Part shown: in pieces, positions 21,528 to 29,728 of the stretch | Position numbering within the stretch: the stretch's first letter is position 1 | Layout: each line of letters opens with the position of its first letter | The notes under the pieces: model-generated | Database searches by the model: none | What the model was told of the DNA's origin: nothing | What the model saw: only the letters and a program-made list of their open reading frames with translations | NCBI GenBank assembly: GCA_031459625.1 | Contig: JAVKIH010000007.1 | Coordinates: 11,800-75,799, forward strand | Reading direction: 5' to 3' | Length of the DNA stretch: 64,000 nucleotides | Origin: Candidatus Geohabitans tengchongensis | GTDB lineage: Bacteria > Sysuimicrobiota > Sysuimicrobiia > Sysuimicrobiales > Humicultoraceae | Translations under genes and position numbers: made by a program

Positions 21528-21536
21528 AGCATAGCA
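21528..21536 (-). promoter_or_regulatory. Extended -10 promoter for probably leaderless ispD
   Basis: Minus strand TGcTATGCT, 7 nt before GTG at 21520, no SD. Confidence 0.5.
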
Positions 21537-21664
21537 GGCCGCGCCGCGGTCGCCTATGCCAGAAGCACCGGGAGGGCCGCGGTCTCGTCGCCACGACGCG
21601 CTCGCGCGCCCCCGGCGCCCGCCCGGGGGAGGGGGGACGTCGGGACCCGGGGCGCGGAGCCGCG

Positions 21665-21865
21665 TCAGGCTGAGGCCTGCGGCCCCCCGCGATCGGTCCT
21701 TGGGGTGTGGGGTTCCTCCTCCTCGGCATCGCGCAGAGCCTGCCGGAACTCCCGCAGGGCCCGGCCTAGCGAGGCGCCGAGGCCCGTGAGGCGCTGCGGG
21801 CCGAAGACCAGCAGGAGGACCAGCAGGATCACCGTCAGCTCCATCCATCCGACGTTCGGCAGCAT
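21665..21865 (-). CDS. tatA: Twin-arginine translocase TatA/E subunit
   Basis: TM helix + FGP..L..LG.SLGRALREFR amphipathic helix. Confidence 0.9.
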   Translation of the reverse strand: MLPNVGWMELTVILLVLLLVFGPQRLTGLGASLGRALREFRQALRDAEEEEPHTPRTDRGGPQASA

Positions 21866-21890
21866 GCGCTCCGTCCTCCCCTCGGCGGCG

Positions 21891-22961
21891 TCAGGGCGTG
21901 AAGCCCGGGAACCCGCGCTCGGCCAGCCACCCCAGGAGGCGGTCCCACGCCCGTGGCGGAGCGGCGATCCCCGTCCGATCGGCGGCGGCCAGCAGGCTGT
22001 CGGTACTCACCTCCCCGACCATCGTGAGGCGCCACCCGCCGTAGGCCCAGTGCACCAGGCGCTGCAGGCCGATGTCGTGCACCCACACCGCGCCGCCGGC
22101 GCGGTCCAGCCGGCGGCTACCAACCGGCGGCCGCGGCGACGCACCCGGCTCGCGCGAGACGAGCAGCGTGCTCGCGCCGTCGGAGTAGATCGTCTGCCAG
22201 GTGGGACGGGGACCGTCCAGCAGGTAGTCGGCCACGCGCCGGAAGCCCTCGGGGGTAGCGACGGTAAGCGAAGGCCGCCCCAGACGCCTCGCCGCCTCTT
22301 CGGGGGTGACCGCGCGTGCGGCGGGGCGGCGCTTCAGGCGCAGGTCGGGAGGCGGACCGACCCGCGCCGCCCAGCCGGCCGGCAGCAGCTCCAGCGACAG
22401 GAACGCCGTCAGCTGCACCAGGCGGCCGTCGGGGCTCACGCGCTCGGAGCGCAGCGCCAGCCCCGTCGTCCGGTCCACGTCGATCCGCCGCGTCGGACGG
22501 TCCCCGCTGCGCGGCCGCAGCTCGATCCGGTCCACCGGCCGGCCCAGCAAGGTCGCCGTCCCGCGGACCACCGTGTAGTTGTCCTGCAGCAGCGGCAGAT
22601 GCCCTGTCGCAAAGTCATCGTCGAGCTGCTCGGCCGGGTCGCGGGACGACCAGGTCCCGCGGCGGGTGGCGGGGTCGTAGCGGATCACCTCGTGGGCGCG
22701 GCGCAGGACCACCCACCGGCGGGCCGTCCCCACGGGGCGGTACTCCAAGCGGGTCCACCCCTGCGGATCGTGCTCGACGCGCACCAGCGTCACCTGGACC
22801 CCCCCGCCCAGGTGCGTGGCCACCAGCTGCTCTCCCCGGTACGCCACATCCGTTGCGGCCCGGGCGGCGCGGATCAACGGTGCCGCCGGCGGCGACGCCC
22901 GCACGGGTGCGGCCGGGGCCAGCAGCAGGAAGGCCACGGCCACCGACAGCAGCGGGATCAC
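21891..22961 (-). CDS. MucB/RseB-like extracytoplasmic sigma-E regulatory protein
   Basis: Signal peptide, YRGEQLV, 'IDVDRTTGLALRSE' LolA/RseB-like strand; third gene of ECF operon. Confidence 0.7.
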   Translation of the reverse strand: MIPLLSVAVAFLLLAPAAPVRASPPAAPLIRAARAATDVAYRGEQLVATHLGGGVQVTLVRVEHDPQGWTRLEYRPVGTARRWVVLRRAHEVIRYDPATRRGTWSSRDPAEQLDDDFATGHLPLLQDNYTVVRGTATLLGRPVDRIELRPRSGDRPTRRIDVDRTTGLALRSERVSPDGRLVQLTAFLSLELLPAGWAARVGPPPDLRLKRRPAARAVTPEEAARRLGRPSLTVATPEGFRRVADYLLDGPRPTWQTIYSDGASTLLVSREPGASPRPPVGSRRLDRAGGAVWVHDIGLQRLVHWAYGGWRLTMVGEVSTDSLLAAADRTGIAAPPRAWDRLLGWLAERGFPGFTP

Positions 22962-23416
22962 GGCCGTTCCCCCCTGAGGCCGTGGAGCGGCTCGTACGGC
23001 CACGCGTCTGTCAGGTACCCGGCCAGGGTGATGTCGGCCAGGGGGTGGAGCATGGAAGCCTCGGCGTGTTGTCGGAAGTGCGCGCCGGGCAGGGTGCGTT
23101 CCGCCCCGCGGTCCACGGGCAGGTTCAGCGCGAGGGCCAGCAGCGCCCCCGCACAGGCCGCGGCCACCATCCACCGGAGGCGCGTCCTCCGCCGCCGCCT
23201 GGCCGCGATGCGCGCCAGCACCTTCGGCAGCACCCACGGAGGGGGTTCCGGGTCGGGGAGGGCGCGGAGGAGCCGGCGGACGGCGGTCAGGTCTTCCAGG
23301 ACGCCGTGACAGGCCCGGCAGGCGGCCAGGTGGGCGGCCACCCCGGTGGCCTCCTCCGACGGCAGCGTCCCGTCGAGGTAGGCGGTGAGCCGGTCGCCCG
23401 GGTGGCCGTCCGTCAC
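22958..23416 (-). CDS. Zinc-binding (ZAS, zf-HC2) membrane anti-sigma factor
   Basis: LTAYLDGTL..HLAACRAC (HxxxCxxC), followed by TM segment. Confidence 0.9.
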   Translation of the reverse strand: MTDGHPGDRLTAYLDGTLPSEEATGVAAHLAACRACHGVLEDLTAVRRLLRALPDPEPPPWVLPKVLARIAARRRRRTRLRWMVAAACAGALLALALNLPVDRGAERTLPGAHFRQHAEASMLHPLADITLAGYLTDAWPYEPLHGLRGERP

Positions 23417-24003
23417 GCCTCTTCCCGCCTCAGCGCGTCCACGTAGGGGCGCAGCCACTCCCGCAGCGCCAGGCGGCCCCGGTGCAGTCGGGAGCGGAGT
23501 GTGCCCACGGGGCAGTGGAGGATGGCCGCCGCGTCGTCGTAGGGCAGGCCCTCCAGGTCGACCAGGACGACTGCCGCGCGGTACTCGGCAGGGAGGGCGG
23601 CCAGCGCCCGGCGCACCGGGCCGTCCAACGCCTGCAGCAGCGCTGCCTCGGGGTCGCCCTGCGCGCCGGCCGGCAGCGCGCCCTCCGGCAGGTCGTCCAG
23701 GGAGAAGACCTTGCGGCGCTCCCGCCGGGTTCGGTCGAGGAACGTCGTGTAGAGGATGCGCATGAACCAGCGGTCGAACCGCGTGCCCGGCCTGAACCGG
23801 CTGAAGGCGAGGAAGGCTTCCTCCGCGGCCTGCTGCATCAGCTCCTCCGCCTCGTCGGCACGCCCGGCCAGCCGGTAGGCGAACCGGTAGGCCTGCGGCC
23901 AGTGCCGCGACAGCAGGGCGGCAAAGTCGCGGGGCGTCGCCTCTCCCGCCGCCCCTCCGGCATCCTCCGGCACCGGCCGCGCCCGCGCCCAGGCGTCCTT
24001 CAC
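23413..24003 (-). CDS. ECF sigma-70 factor (start uncertain, up to 24048)
   Basis: AEELMQ..F, FDRWFMRI, region 4 LPAEYR..EGLPY..GTLRSRLHRGR. Confidence 0.92.
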   Translation of the reverse strand: MKDAWARARPVPEDAGGAAGEATPRDFAALLSRHWPQAYRFAYRLAGRADEAEELMQQAAEEAFLAFSRFRPGTRFDRWFMRILYTTFLDRTRRERRKVFSLDDLPEGALPAGAQGDPEAALLQALDGPVRRALAALPAEYRAAVVLVDLEGLPYDDAAAILHCPVGTLRSRLHRGRLALREWLRPYVDALRREEA

Positions 24004-24023
24004 CGACCGCCCACACGAGGGTG

Positions 24024-24049
24024 GTGGGCGCGGCGGACCCGCGCCCACC
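24024..24049. terminator. GC-rich hairpin between 24057 gene and sigma gene
   Basis: GTGGGCGCGG-cggac-CCGCGCCCAC stem; no U-tract. Confidence 0.35.
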
Positions 24050-24056
24050 CGTCACC

Positions 24057-24428
24057 TCACTTCAGGATCGTCACCGTCACCGCCTCGAAGCCGGCCGGCT
24101 TGTACTCCCCCGCCACCCGGAGGAGCTCTCCGGCCTTCAGCGCGCTCTTGTTCACCGCCTTGCCCTTCAGCAGGAACCGGGTTCGCGCGCGCTCGGTGAT
24201 GGTGAGGTGGTCCCCCACCTTGACCCCGGTGCCGCCGATGACCTTCGTGACGGTGATCTCGAAGGTGTCCCCGGAGACCTTGACGACCTTGCCCTCGACC
24301 ACGAAGGACCGGGGCCGGGGCTGCGCGGCCGCCGGGGCCTTGGTGGCCGGGGCGGCGGCCAGGGCGGACGGGACGGCGAGGGCCAGGACAGCCACACCGA
24401 TCACGGAGAGCACGAGCGCATGCCGCAT
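24057..24428 (-). CDS. Small secreted OB-fold protein (DUF5666-like)
   Basis: Signal peptide; 'ITERARTRF..LKAGELLRVAG..AVTV' pattern. Confidence 0.7.
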   Translation of the reverse strand: MRHALVLSVIGVAVLALAVPSALAAAPATKAPAAAQPRPRSFVVEGKVVKVSGDTFEITVTKVIGGTGVKVGDHLTITERARTRFLLKGKAVNKSALKAGELLRVAGEYKPAGFEAVTVTILK

Positions 24429-24463
24429 CGGTCATCCCTCCTCGCAGCAGGGTCTCACCCTGC

Positions 24464-24490
24464 AAGCGCGCGAGGCGGGCAGGGAGTTCC
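24464..24490 (-). promoter_or_regulatory. Putative ECF-sigma promoter
   Basis: Minus strand GGAAC-N17-CGCTT upstream of the operon containing the ECF sigma. Confidence 0.45.
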
Positions 24491-24539
24491 CGGTGGGAAG
24501 GGCGGTGAGGTCGGGTCGAGTCGGCCGGTCGCTGCCCGC

Positions 24540-25016
24540 TCAGGGCCGTGCGGCCGGACGCGTCCGGTCGAGGTAGGTCTGCAGCACCCTGGCCGCCTCG
24601 TCGTGCCGCTCCGCCATGAAGAGGGCGTCGTGGAGGACCAGGTAGGCCGACAGCCAGGCCGGATCGCGCTGCACCGCCTCCCGCAGGGACGCGATCGCCC
24701 GGGGGAGGTAGCCGGCGGCGTAGGGAGCGAGGCCGGCCCGCCAGAGGCGGTAGGCGTGGAAGTAGGCCACGCCCAGCCAGTAATGGGCGCGGGCGTTGGC
24801 CGGGTTGGCGGTGATGGCCGCCTGGTAGGGCTGGATGGCCTGCTGGAACGCCGCCTCGCTGGCGTAGACGCGGCTGGTGTCGAAAGGCGGCACGGCGGAC
24901 GGCGCCTGAGCGGCGACCCGCCCGGCGGCGAGGGGAAGGAGCAGCAGCACGAGGAGCGCCGCGTGGGCGGAGCGCACGGGCCGGCGGGTCCCGGGCAGCA
25001 CGGCGAGTCGCCGCAC
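24540..25016 (-). CDS. Secreted TPR-repeat protein
   Basis: Signal peptide; YQAAITANPANARAHYWLGVAY and LREAVQRDP TPR patterns. Confidence 0.75.
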   Translation of the reverse strand: MRRLAVLPGTRRPVRSAHAALLVLLLLPLAAGRVAAQAPSAVPPFDTSRVYASEAAFQQAIQPYQAAITANPANARAHYWLGVAYFHAYRLWRAGLAPYAAGYLPRAIASLREAVQRDPAWLSAYLVLHDALFMAERHDEAARVLQTYLDRTRPAARP

Positions 25017-25024
25017 CGCTCCGT

Positions 25025-25398
25025 CTACTGCACCGCGAAGGTCCACGACGCGCTCCACTGACGACCCCCGTTGGTGGCCGCCGCGGCCACCCGCCAGCGG
25101 TACGAGGTGGCGCAGGCCAGGATGAGCGTCGCCGTGGGCGCGTCGGCATCGGTCTGCGCCGAGGTCACCAGGGCGCCGCTGGTGGCGTTGTAGACCTCGA
25201 TGACGTAGTGGTTCGCATTGGTCACGGGGCTCCACGAGAAGGCGAACGTCGCGCCACAGGGCAGCGTGGCCCCGCTGGGCGGGGAGATGAGCTGCGGCGC
25301 CTCCAGGAGCCACCCGGTGCCGAGTCCCACCAGGCTGCACGCGGAGAGCGTCAGGGCGAGAGTGGCAGAATGAAGGTGTGACGCCAGGAGCTGTGCAT
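25025..25398 (-). pseudogene. Lipoprotein with Ig/Fn3-like fold, frameshifted in signal peptide
   Basis: ATG 25398 with GAGGTG RBS gives MHSSWRHTFILPL then stops; the adjacent frame continues LALTLSAC (lipobox)...FSWSPV..YRWRV. Confidence 0.65.
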
Positions 25399-25440
25399 GG
25401 GTTGAACACCACCTCGGAGAAAGCTCCGGCCACGGCCGCC

Positions 25441-27111
25441 TCAGGGGCGGGGCGCCGGCGGGTCGACGACCTGCGGGGTGATGATGAAGATCACCTCGGT
25501 CTCCGTCCGGTCGGTCGTGGTGCGGCGGAAGAGGGAGCCGATCACCGGGATATCCCCCAGCAGCGGCACCCGCACGATGGTGCGCCGCTCCTGGGCGCTG
25601 ATCAGGCCGGCGATGACGATGGACTCGCCGCTGCGGGCCTGCACCACCGTATTGGCCCGGCGGGTGGAGAGGCGCGGTACCGGCCCCGCGGCGGTCTGCA
25701 GGAACTCGATCACCGAGCTGACCTCCGGCGTGATCTGGGTCGTGATGATCCCGTCGCGTCCCAGCCGCGGCGTGATCTCCAGCACGACCCCCACCGGCTT
25801 GAAGGTGAAGGTGATGCGGCCCTGGGCGTCCACCTGGGGGATGGGGATCTCCTCGCCCAGGTTGACCATCCCCTTGTTGCCGTCCAGGACGGCCAGCCGC
25901 GGCGCGGTGATCACGCGGGCGCGCCCGTCGCGGATGAGCGCCGTCAACCGGCCGAAGATGTCGAAGGTGGAGACGCCCACCGTGATCTGGTTCGGGAAAA
26001 CCCCCTGGATCTGGGTGATCGGCACCCCGGTCAGCCCCCAGTCCAGCCCGGCGTCCCGCAGGACGGTCGTGCTGATGTCCACCACGCGGGTCTCGATGAG
26101 GATCTGGGCGATCTTGATGTCGAGGCTCTGCAGGATCTTCTGCACCTGCTCCTGCTGGCTCGGGGTCCCGAAGACCACCAGCGCGTTGGTGCGCGGGTCG
26201 ATGGCCACGCGGATCCCCGGCACCGCCGCGGCCACCGCCGCCCGCGCCTGATCGGCGTTGGCGAAGCCCAGCATGTAGACCACGGGCTCGGGCGCCTCCG
26301 GGGGCGGGGCCAGCTTCTCCGCCGACATGACGATGAGGTTGCGTCCCACCCGGCGGAAGCCCAGGTTGTTCGCCTCCAGGATGAAGCGCAGCGCCTCGTC
26401 GCAGGTGACCTCGACCAGCCGGACGGTGATGGTTCCGCGCACGGAGGCGTCGGTGACGATGTTGAAGCCGCACAGCTTGGCCAGCGCGGAGAGGACGTCG
26501 GCGATCTCGGTGTTGCGCAGGTCGAGGGTGATGCGACCGCCCTGGGCCGGCGGGGGCGGCTGCTGCGCCGGGGCCTGGGCCAGGCGCGGTCCGGACGCCG
26601 CGGCCACAGCCTGCCGGGGCGCCGTTGCGAGGGCGGGCGCCCGGGTCCCCGCCGTCGGGCGCGGGACGGCCAGGCGCGCCACCACGAGCCCCGGCCCCAG
26701 GGCCCGCACCTCATAGGCGGTGGGCGCGGCCAGGTCGACGGTGATGCGCACCACCGGCGGGGTGCGCTGCCACTGCCCGCTCCGCACCCGCCGCACCGGC
26801 CCCTGACCCACCTCGACCACGGCCGGCACGCCGTGGGCCAGGACCGCGCCGGGGAGGTCGACGACCAGGCGGGTGGGGGCGTCGAGCGTGGTGGTCGTGA
26901 AGGTCAGCCGCCCCGTGGCGCTCACCGCCACCTGGACGATGCCGGGGAAGGCTTTCACCGTCACCCCGGTGACCCGGGCGGCCGCGGCCTGGGCCGGCCA
27001 GGCCGGCGCACCGATCAGCAGCGCCAGCGCCAGGCAGGCCACGGCGAGGCGCGTGCGGTGGCGCGTCGTCAGGAACCCCTTACGAGCCACGGACCAGGGA
27101 GTGGGCGACAT
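25441..27111 (-). CDS. pilQ: Type IV pilus secretin with AMIN-like and STN domains
   Basis: PTRLVVDLPG (AMIN), ITLDLRNTEI, DPRTNALVV, ILIETRVV, GVVLEITP, VPLLGDIPVIGSLFR. Confidence 0.9.
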   Translation of the reverse strand: MSPTPWSVARKGFLTTRHRTRLAVACLALALLIGAPAWPAQAAAARVTGVTVKAFPGIVQVAVSATGRLTFTTTTLDAPTRLVVDLPGAVLAHGVPAVVEVGQGPVRRVRSGQWQRTPPVVRITVDLAAPTAYEVRALGPGLVVARLAVPRPTAGTRAPALATAPRQAVAAASGPRLAQAPAQQPPPPAQGGRITLDLRNTEIADVLSALAKLCGFNIVTDASVRGTITVRLVEVTCDEALRFILEANNLGFRRVGRNLIVMSAEKLAPPPEAPEPVVYMLGFANADQARAAVAAAVPGIRVAIDPRTNALVVFGTPSQQEQVQKILQSLDIKIAQILIETRVVDISTTVLRDAGLDWGLTGVPITQIQGVFPNQITVGVSTFDIFGRLTALIRDGRARVITAPRLAVLDGNKGMVNLGEEIPIPQVDAQGRITFTFKPVGVVLEITPRLGRDGIITTQITPEVSSVIEFLQTAAGPVPRLSTRRANTVVQARSGESIVIAGLISAQERRTIVRVPLLGDIPVIGSLFRRTTTDRTETEVIFIITPQVVDPPAPRP

Positions 27112-27775
27112 AGGGTGGGTTCACCTCTTCGGCACGCAGTTCGAAGTTCTCGCCGTCTTCCTGCAGGATGACGATGCCGTTGGTCGCGTCGATCTTGATC
27201 ACGCGGACGCGGTCCTCGATCAGCTCGCCCACGGACACGATCCACGTGCGGTTGCTCACCCGGATGATGGCCACACCCCCGCCATCCCCCAGCACGCCGA
27301 CGAGCTCCGCCCCGGCGGCGAGCCGCTGCGGAGACGGCGGGGCAGTGGGAGCCTCAGGGACGGGAGCCGGCGGCGACCCGGGCGCCGCCGGCGGCTCCGG
27401 GCTGGGGAAGAGCGGCGGGGGCAGCGGTGCCGGCGGAGGGACCGGTGCCGGTCGCACGGGCGCCGCCGCGGCCGCGGTCTGCGGCTTCACCAGCGGGGCG
27501 AAGGGGTCGGCCCGCCCGGCCGCCTGGGGAGGCGGCGGCGGTGGGACGGCCGCCGGTGTAGGCGGCGGCGGCATCACGCCGCCGCCGGGGCCTGGGGAAG
27601 CAGCGGCGGGTGCAGGAGCCGGCGCGGGGGAGGGCGCCGAGCCGACCACGGCCGATCCCCCGGTGGGCGGTTGAGCCCCGCCGGTCAGCAACAGGTAGGC
27701 GATCCCCACGACGAGCACCCCGATGATGCCCGCCATCGCGGGGTTGCGCCGGACGTAGGAGAGTAGGCGATCCAT
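27080..27775 (-). CDS. PilP-like proline-rich membrane-anchored protein
   Basis: TM helix, Pro-rich linker, GRADPFAPL motif, C-terminal 'LVGVL..AII..VGE' PilP/GspC-like domain; upstream of secretin. Confidence 0.7.
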   Translation of the reverse strand: MDRLLSYVRRNPAMAGIIGVLVVGIAYLLLTGGAQPPTGGSAVVGSAPSPAPAPAPAAASPGPGGGVMPPPPTPAAVPPPPPPQAAGRADPFAPLVKPQTAAAAAPVRPAPVPPPAPLPPPLFPSPEPPAAPGSPPAPVPEAPTAPPSPQRLAAGAELVGVLGDGGGVAIIRVSNRTWIVSVGELIEDRVRVIKIDATNGIVILQEDGENFELRAEEVNPPYVAHSLVRGS

Positions 27776-27918
27776 CAGGCAGGCTCCTCTGTCGACCGAG
27801 TGGTCGTGACCCCGGCAGGGGGCTCGGGGCGTCTCCGGCTCTTCGTGACCGGGATCACCCGGCCACCGACAGCCGTGGCGGTCCGTGGCCGTACTCGTTC
27901 CCGCGATACCCAAAAGTA

Positions 27919-27946
27919 ATTCGGTCTAGACGCACTGTGATCCTGC
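27919..27946 (-). promoter_or_regulatory. SigH-like promoter upstream of pilP-pilQ
   Basis: Minus strand GCAGGA-N15-ACCGAAT. Confidence 0.55.
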
Positions 27947-27988
27947 ATTTGACGCCTCTCCGCACGCGGTTCCCGCTCTTCCGCCGTC

Positions 27989-28735
27989 TCACCCGAAGTA
28001 CCACCGGACGAGGGAGGCCCCCCAGAACAGCCCTGCCAGGCTGCCGAGCGCGAGGAAGGGGCCGAAGGGGATGGCGTCCTTCCGCCGGCGTAGTCCCAGC
28101 AGGATCAGGGCGATGCCCACGAGCCCCCCGGCGAGGAAGCTGAGGAAGAGGGCAGCGGCGATGGTCGGCCATCCCAGGAAGAGGCCCATCACGGCGGCCA
28201 GCTTGACGTCACCGCCGCCCATCCCGCCCCGGCTGACCACAGCGACGGCCAGGAAGAACGCTCCGGCCCCCACGCCGGCCAGGACCCGCTCCGCCAGGGC
28301 GGCGGGGCCGTCGGGCAGCGCCAGCAGCAGGCCCGCGGCCATCCCCGGGTAGGTCACGGCGTTGGGGATCAGCCGGTGGTCCAGGTCGACGAACACGACG
28401 ACCACCAGGATCAGCACGAAGAGGGCGGCGCGCAGGCCCTCCCAGGTGGGGCCGAAGGCCCGCCAGACCGCCACGAAGAGCAGGGCCGTCAGCGCCTCCA
28501 CCAGCGGGTAGCGCCACGAGATGGCCGTCCCGCAGTGGCGGCAGCGGCCCCGCAGCAGGAGGAAGCTGAGGAGCGGCACGTTGTCCCGCGCGGCGATGGG
28601 GTGGCCGCAGGCCGGACAGCGCGAGCGCGGGGCCACCACCGACTCCCGGCGCGGCACCCGATAGATCACCACGTTGGCGAAGGAGCCCACCATGGCTCCC
28701 ACCACCGCCGCCACCAGCCCCTGCACGGCCGTCAT
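27989..28735 (-). CDS. pilD: Prepilin peptidase
   Basis: GSFANVVIYRVP, SRCPAC..GRCRHC, DLDHRLIP, GGGDVKL, IPFGPFL. Confidence 0.95.
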   Translation of the reverse strand: MTAVQGLVAAVVGAMVGSFANVVIYRVPRRESVVAPRSRCPACGHPIAARDNVPLLSFLLLRGRCRHCGTAISWRYPLVEALTALLFVAVWRAFGPTWEGLRAALFVLILVVVVFVDLDHRLIPNAVTYPGMAAGLLLALPDGPAALAERVLAGVGAGAFFLAVAVVSRGGMGGGDVKLAAVMGLFLGWPTIAAALFLSFLAGGLVGIALILLGLRRRKDAIPFGPFLALGSLAGLFWGASLVRWYFG

Positions 28736-28996
28736 CCGTCCTTCCGGTCCTCCTTTCCCATCGGCCCGCCCGGGCCGGTTTGCGGGTGTCGCCGCGCCCC
28801 TCCCGAGCCCGGGCCTCCCCTCCCGCACCGGGGCCTCCGCCAGCCGGAGGGGCAGGAAACCGCCTCAGCCGACACGAAACGGGGCACATACATCGATGGT
28901 GCAGGGTACGGGCCCCGGACTCGTGCCCTGTGACGACGGACCGCTCGATCCGCAGCCCGCGCGCGCCGGGCTGCCCGACGCAGAGGAGGCTCACCC

Positions 28997-29650
28997 GTGC
29001 GACTCGCCGCTGTCGGTCTTGCGATCGGAGCGATTCTCGGGGGTTCGCTCCCCCTCCTGGCCCAGCAGCCGCCCGTCGCTCCCTCCCCCGTGCTCATCGT
29101 GCCCGGCCACAGCGTGGCCGGCGTCGTCCTGGGCCGCTCGGTGCGGTCGGTGATCGCCCGGCTCGGCCCGCCGGCGGAGATGCGCACGGTGCGGGAGGGG
29201 ACGCTCCTCCTCTTCACCCGCTTCGGCATCACCGTCTACGCCGACGGGGACACCATCACCGCCGTCTCCGCCTCCAACAGCCTCCTGCGCACCCCGGAGG
29301 GGATCGGGCTCGGGGTGAGCGAGGCGGAGGTGCGCCGGGTGTACGGCGCGCAGTTCAGCCCGGCCGTGGTCGAGGGCCTGGCCGGCATCGCCTACGACCA
29401 CCTGGGCCTGGCCTTCGGCTTCGAGCGGGGCAGCGTAGCCGTCATCCTGGTCTACCCGCCGCGCACCGAGGCGCACGCGGCCTTCGTCTCGCTGCCGCGG
29501 GTGGAGACCCTCAAGCCCTTCTCGCCGGAGACGCGGTTCATGTCGCTGGCCGGGTACCTGCGCTACCTGGTCTTCGAGCAGAGCGGCATCTGGCTCTCCT
29601 ACGCCGAGGCGGGACGGATCATCCGCGAGCAGGCGCAGGTGCGGGGCTGA
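28997..29650 (+). CDS. Secreted hypothetical protein, divergent from pilD
   Basis: GGAGG RBS, signal peptide, 'TPEGIGLG.SEAEVRRVYG' motif. Confidence 0.75.
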   Translation: MRLAAVGLAIGAILGGSLPLLAQQPPVAPSPVLIVPGHSVAGVVLGRSVRSVIARLGPPAEMRTVREGTLLLFTRFGITVYADGDTITAVSASNSLLRTPEGIGLGVSEAEVRRVYGAQFSPAVVEGLAGIAYDHLGLAFGFERGSVAVILVYPPRTEAHAAFVSLPRVETLKPFSPETRFMSLAGYLRYLVFEQSGIWLSYAEAGRIIREQAQVRG

Positions 29651-29728
29651 GCGTCGGGGCCTGGGGGAGCCTCTAAGCCCCGGCAGGCCGCCAGGTTGCT
29701 GCGCCGCTCCCGCGGGAGCGGCGCGAGG

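Noticed and set aside
28736..28890. Possible c-di-GMP-I or SAH riboswitch upstream of pilD (GCAAACC, GAGGGGCGCGGCGAC on minus strand)
   Set aside because: Only short fragments match; the GNRA-capped stem and GACGCAAAGC (c-di-GMP-I) or CAGGCTC (SAH) elements are missing.
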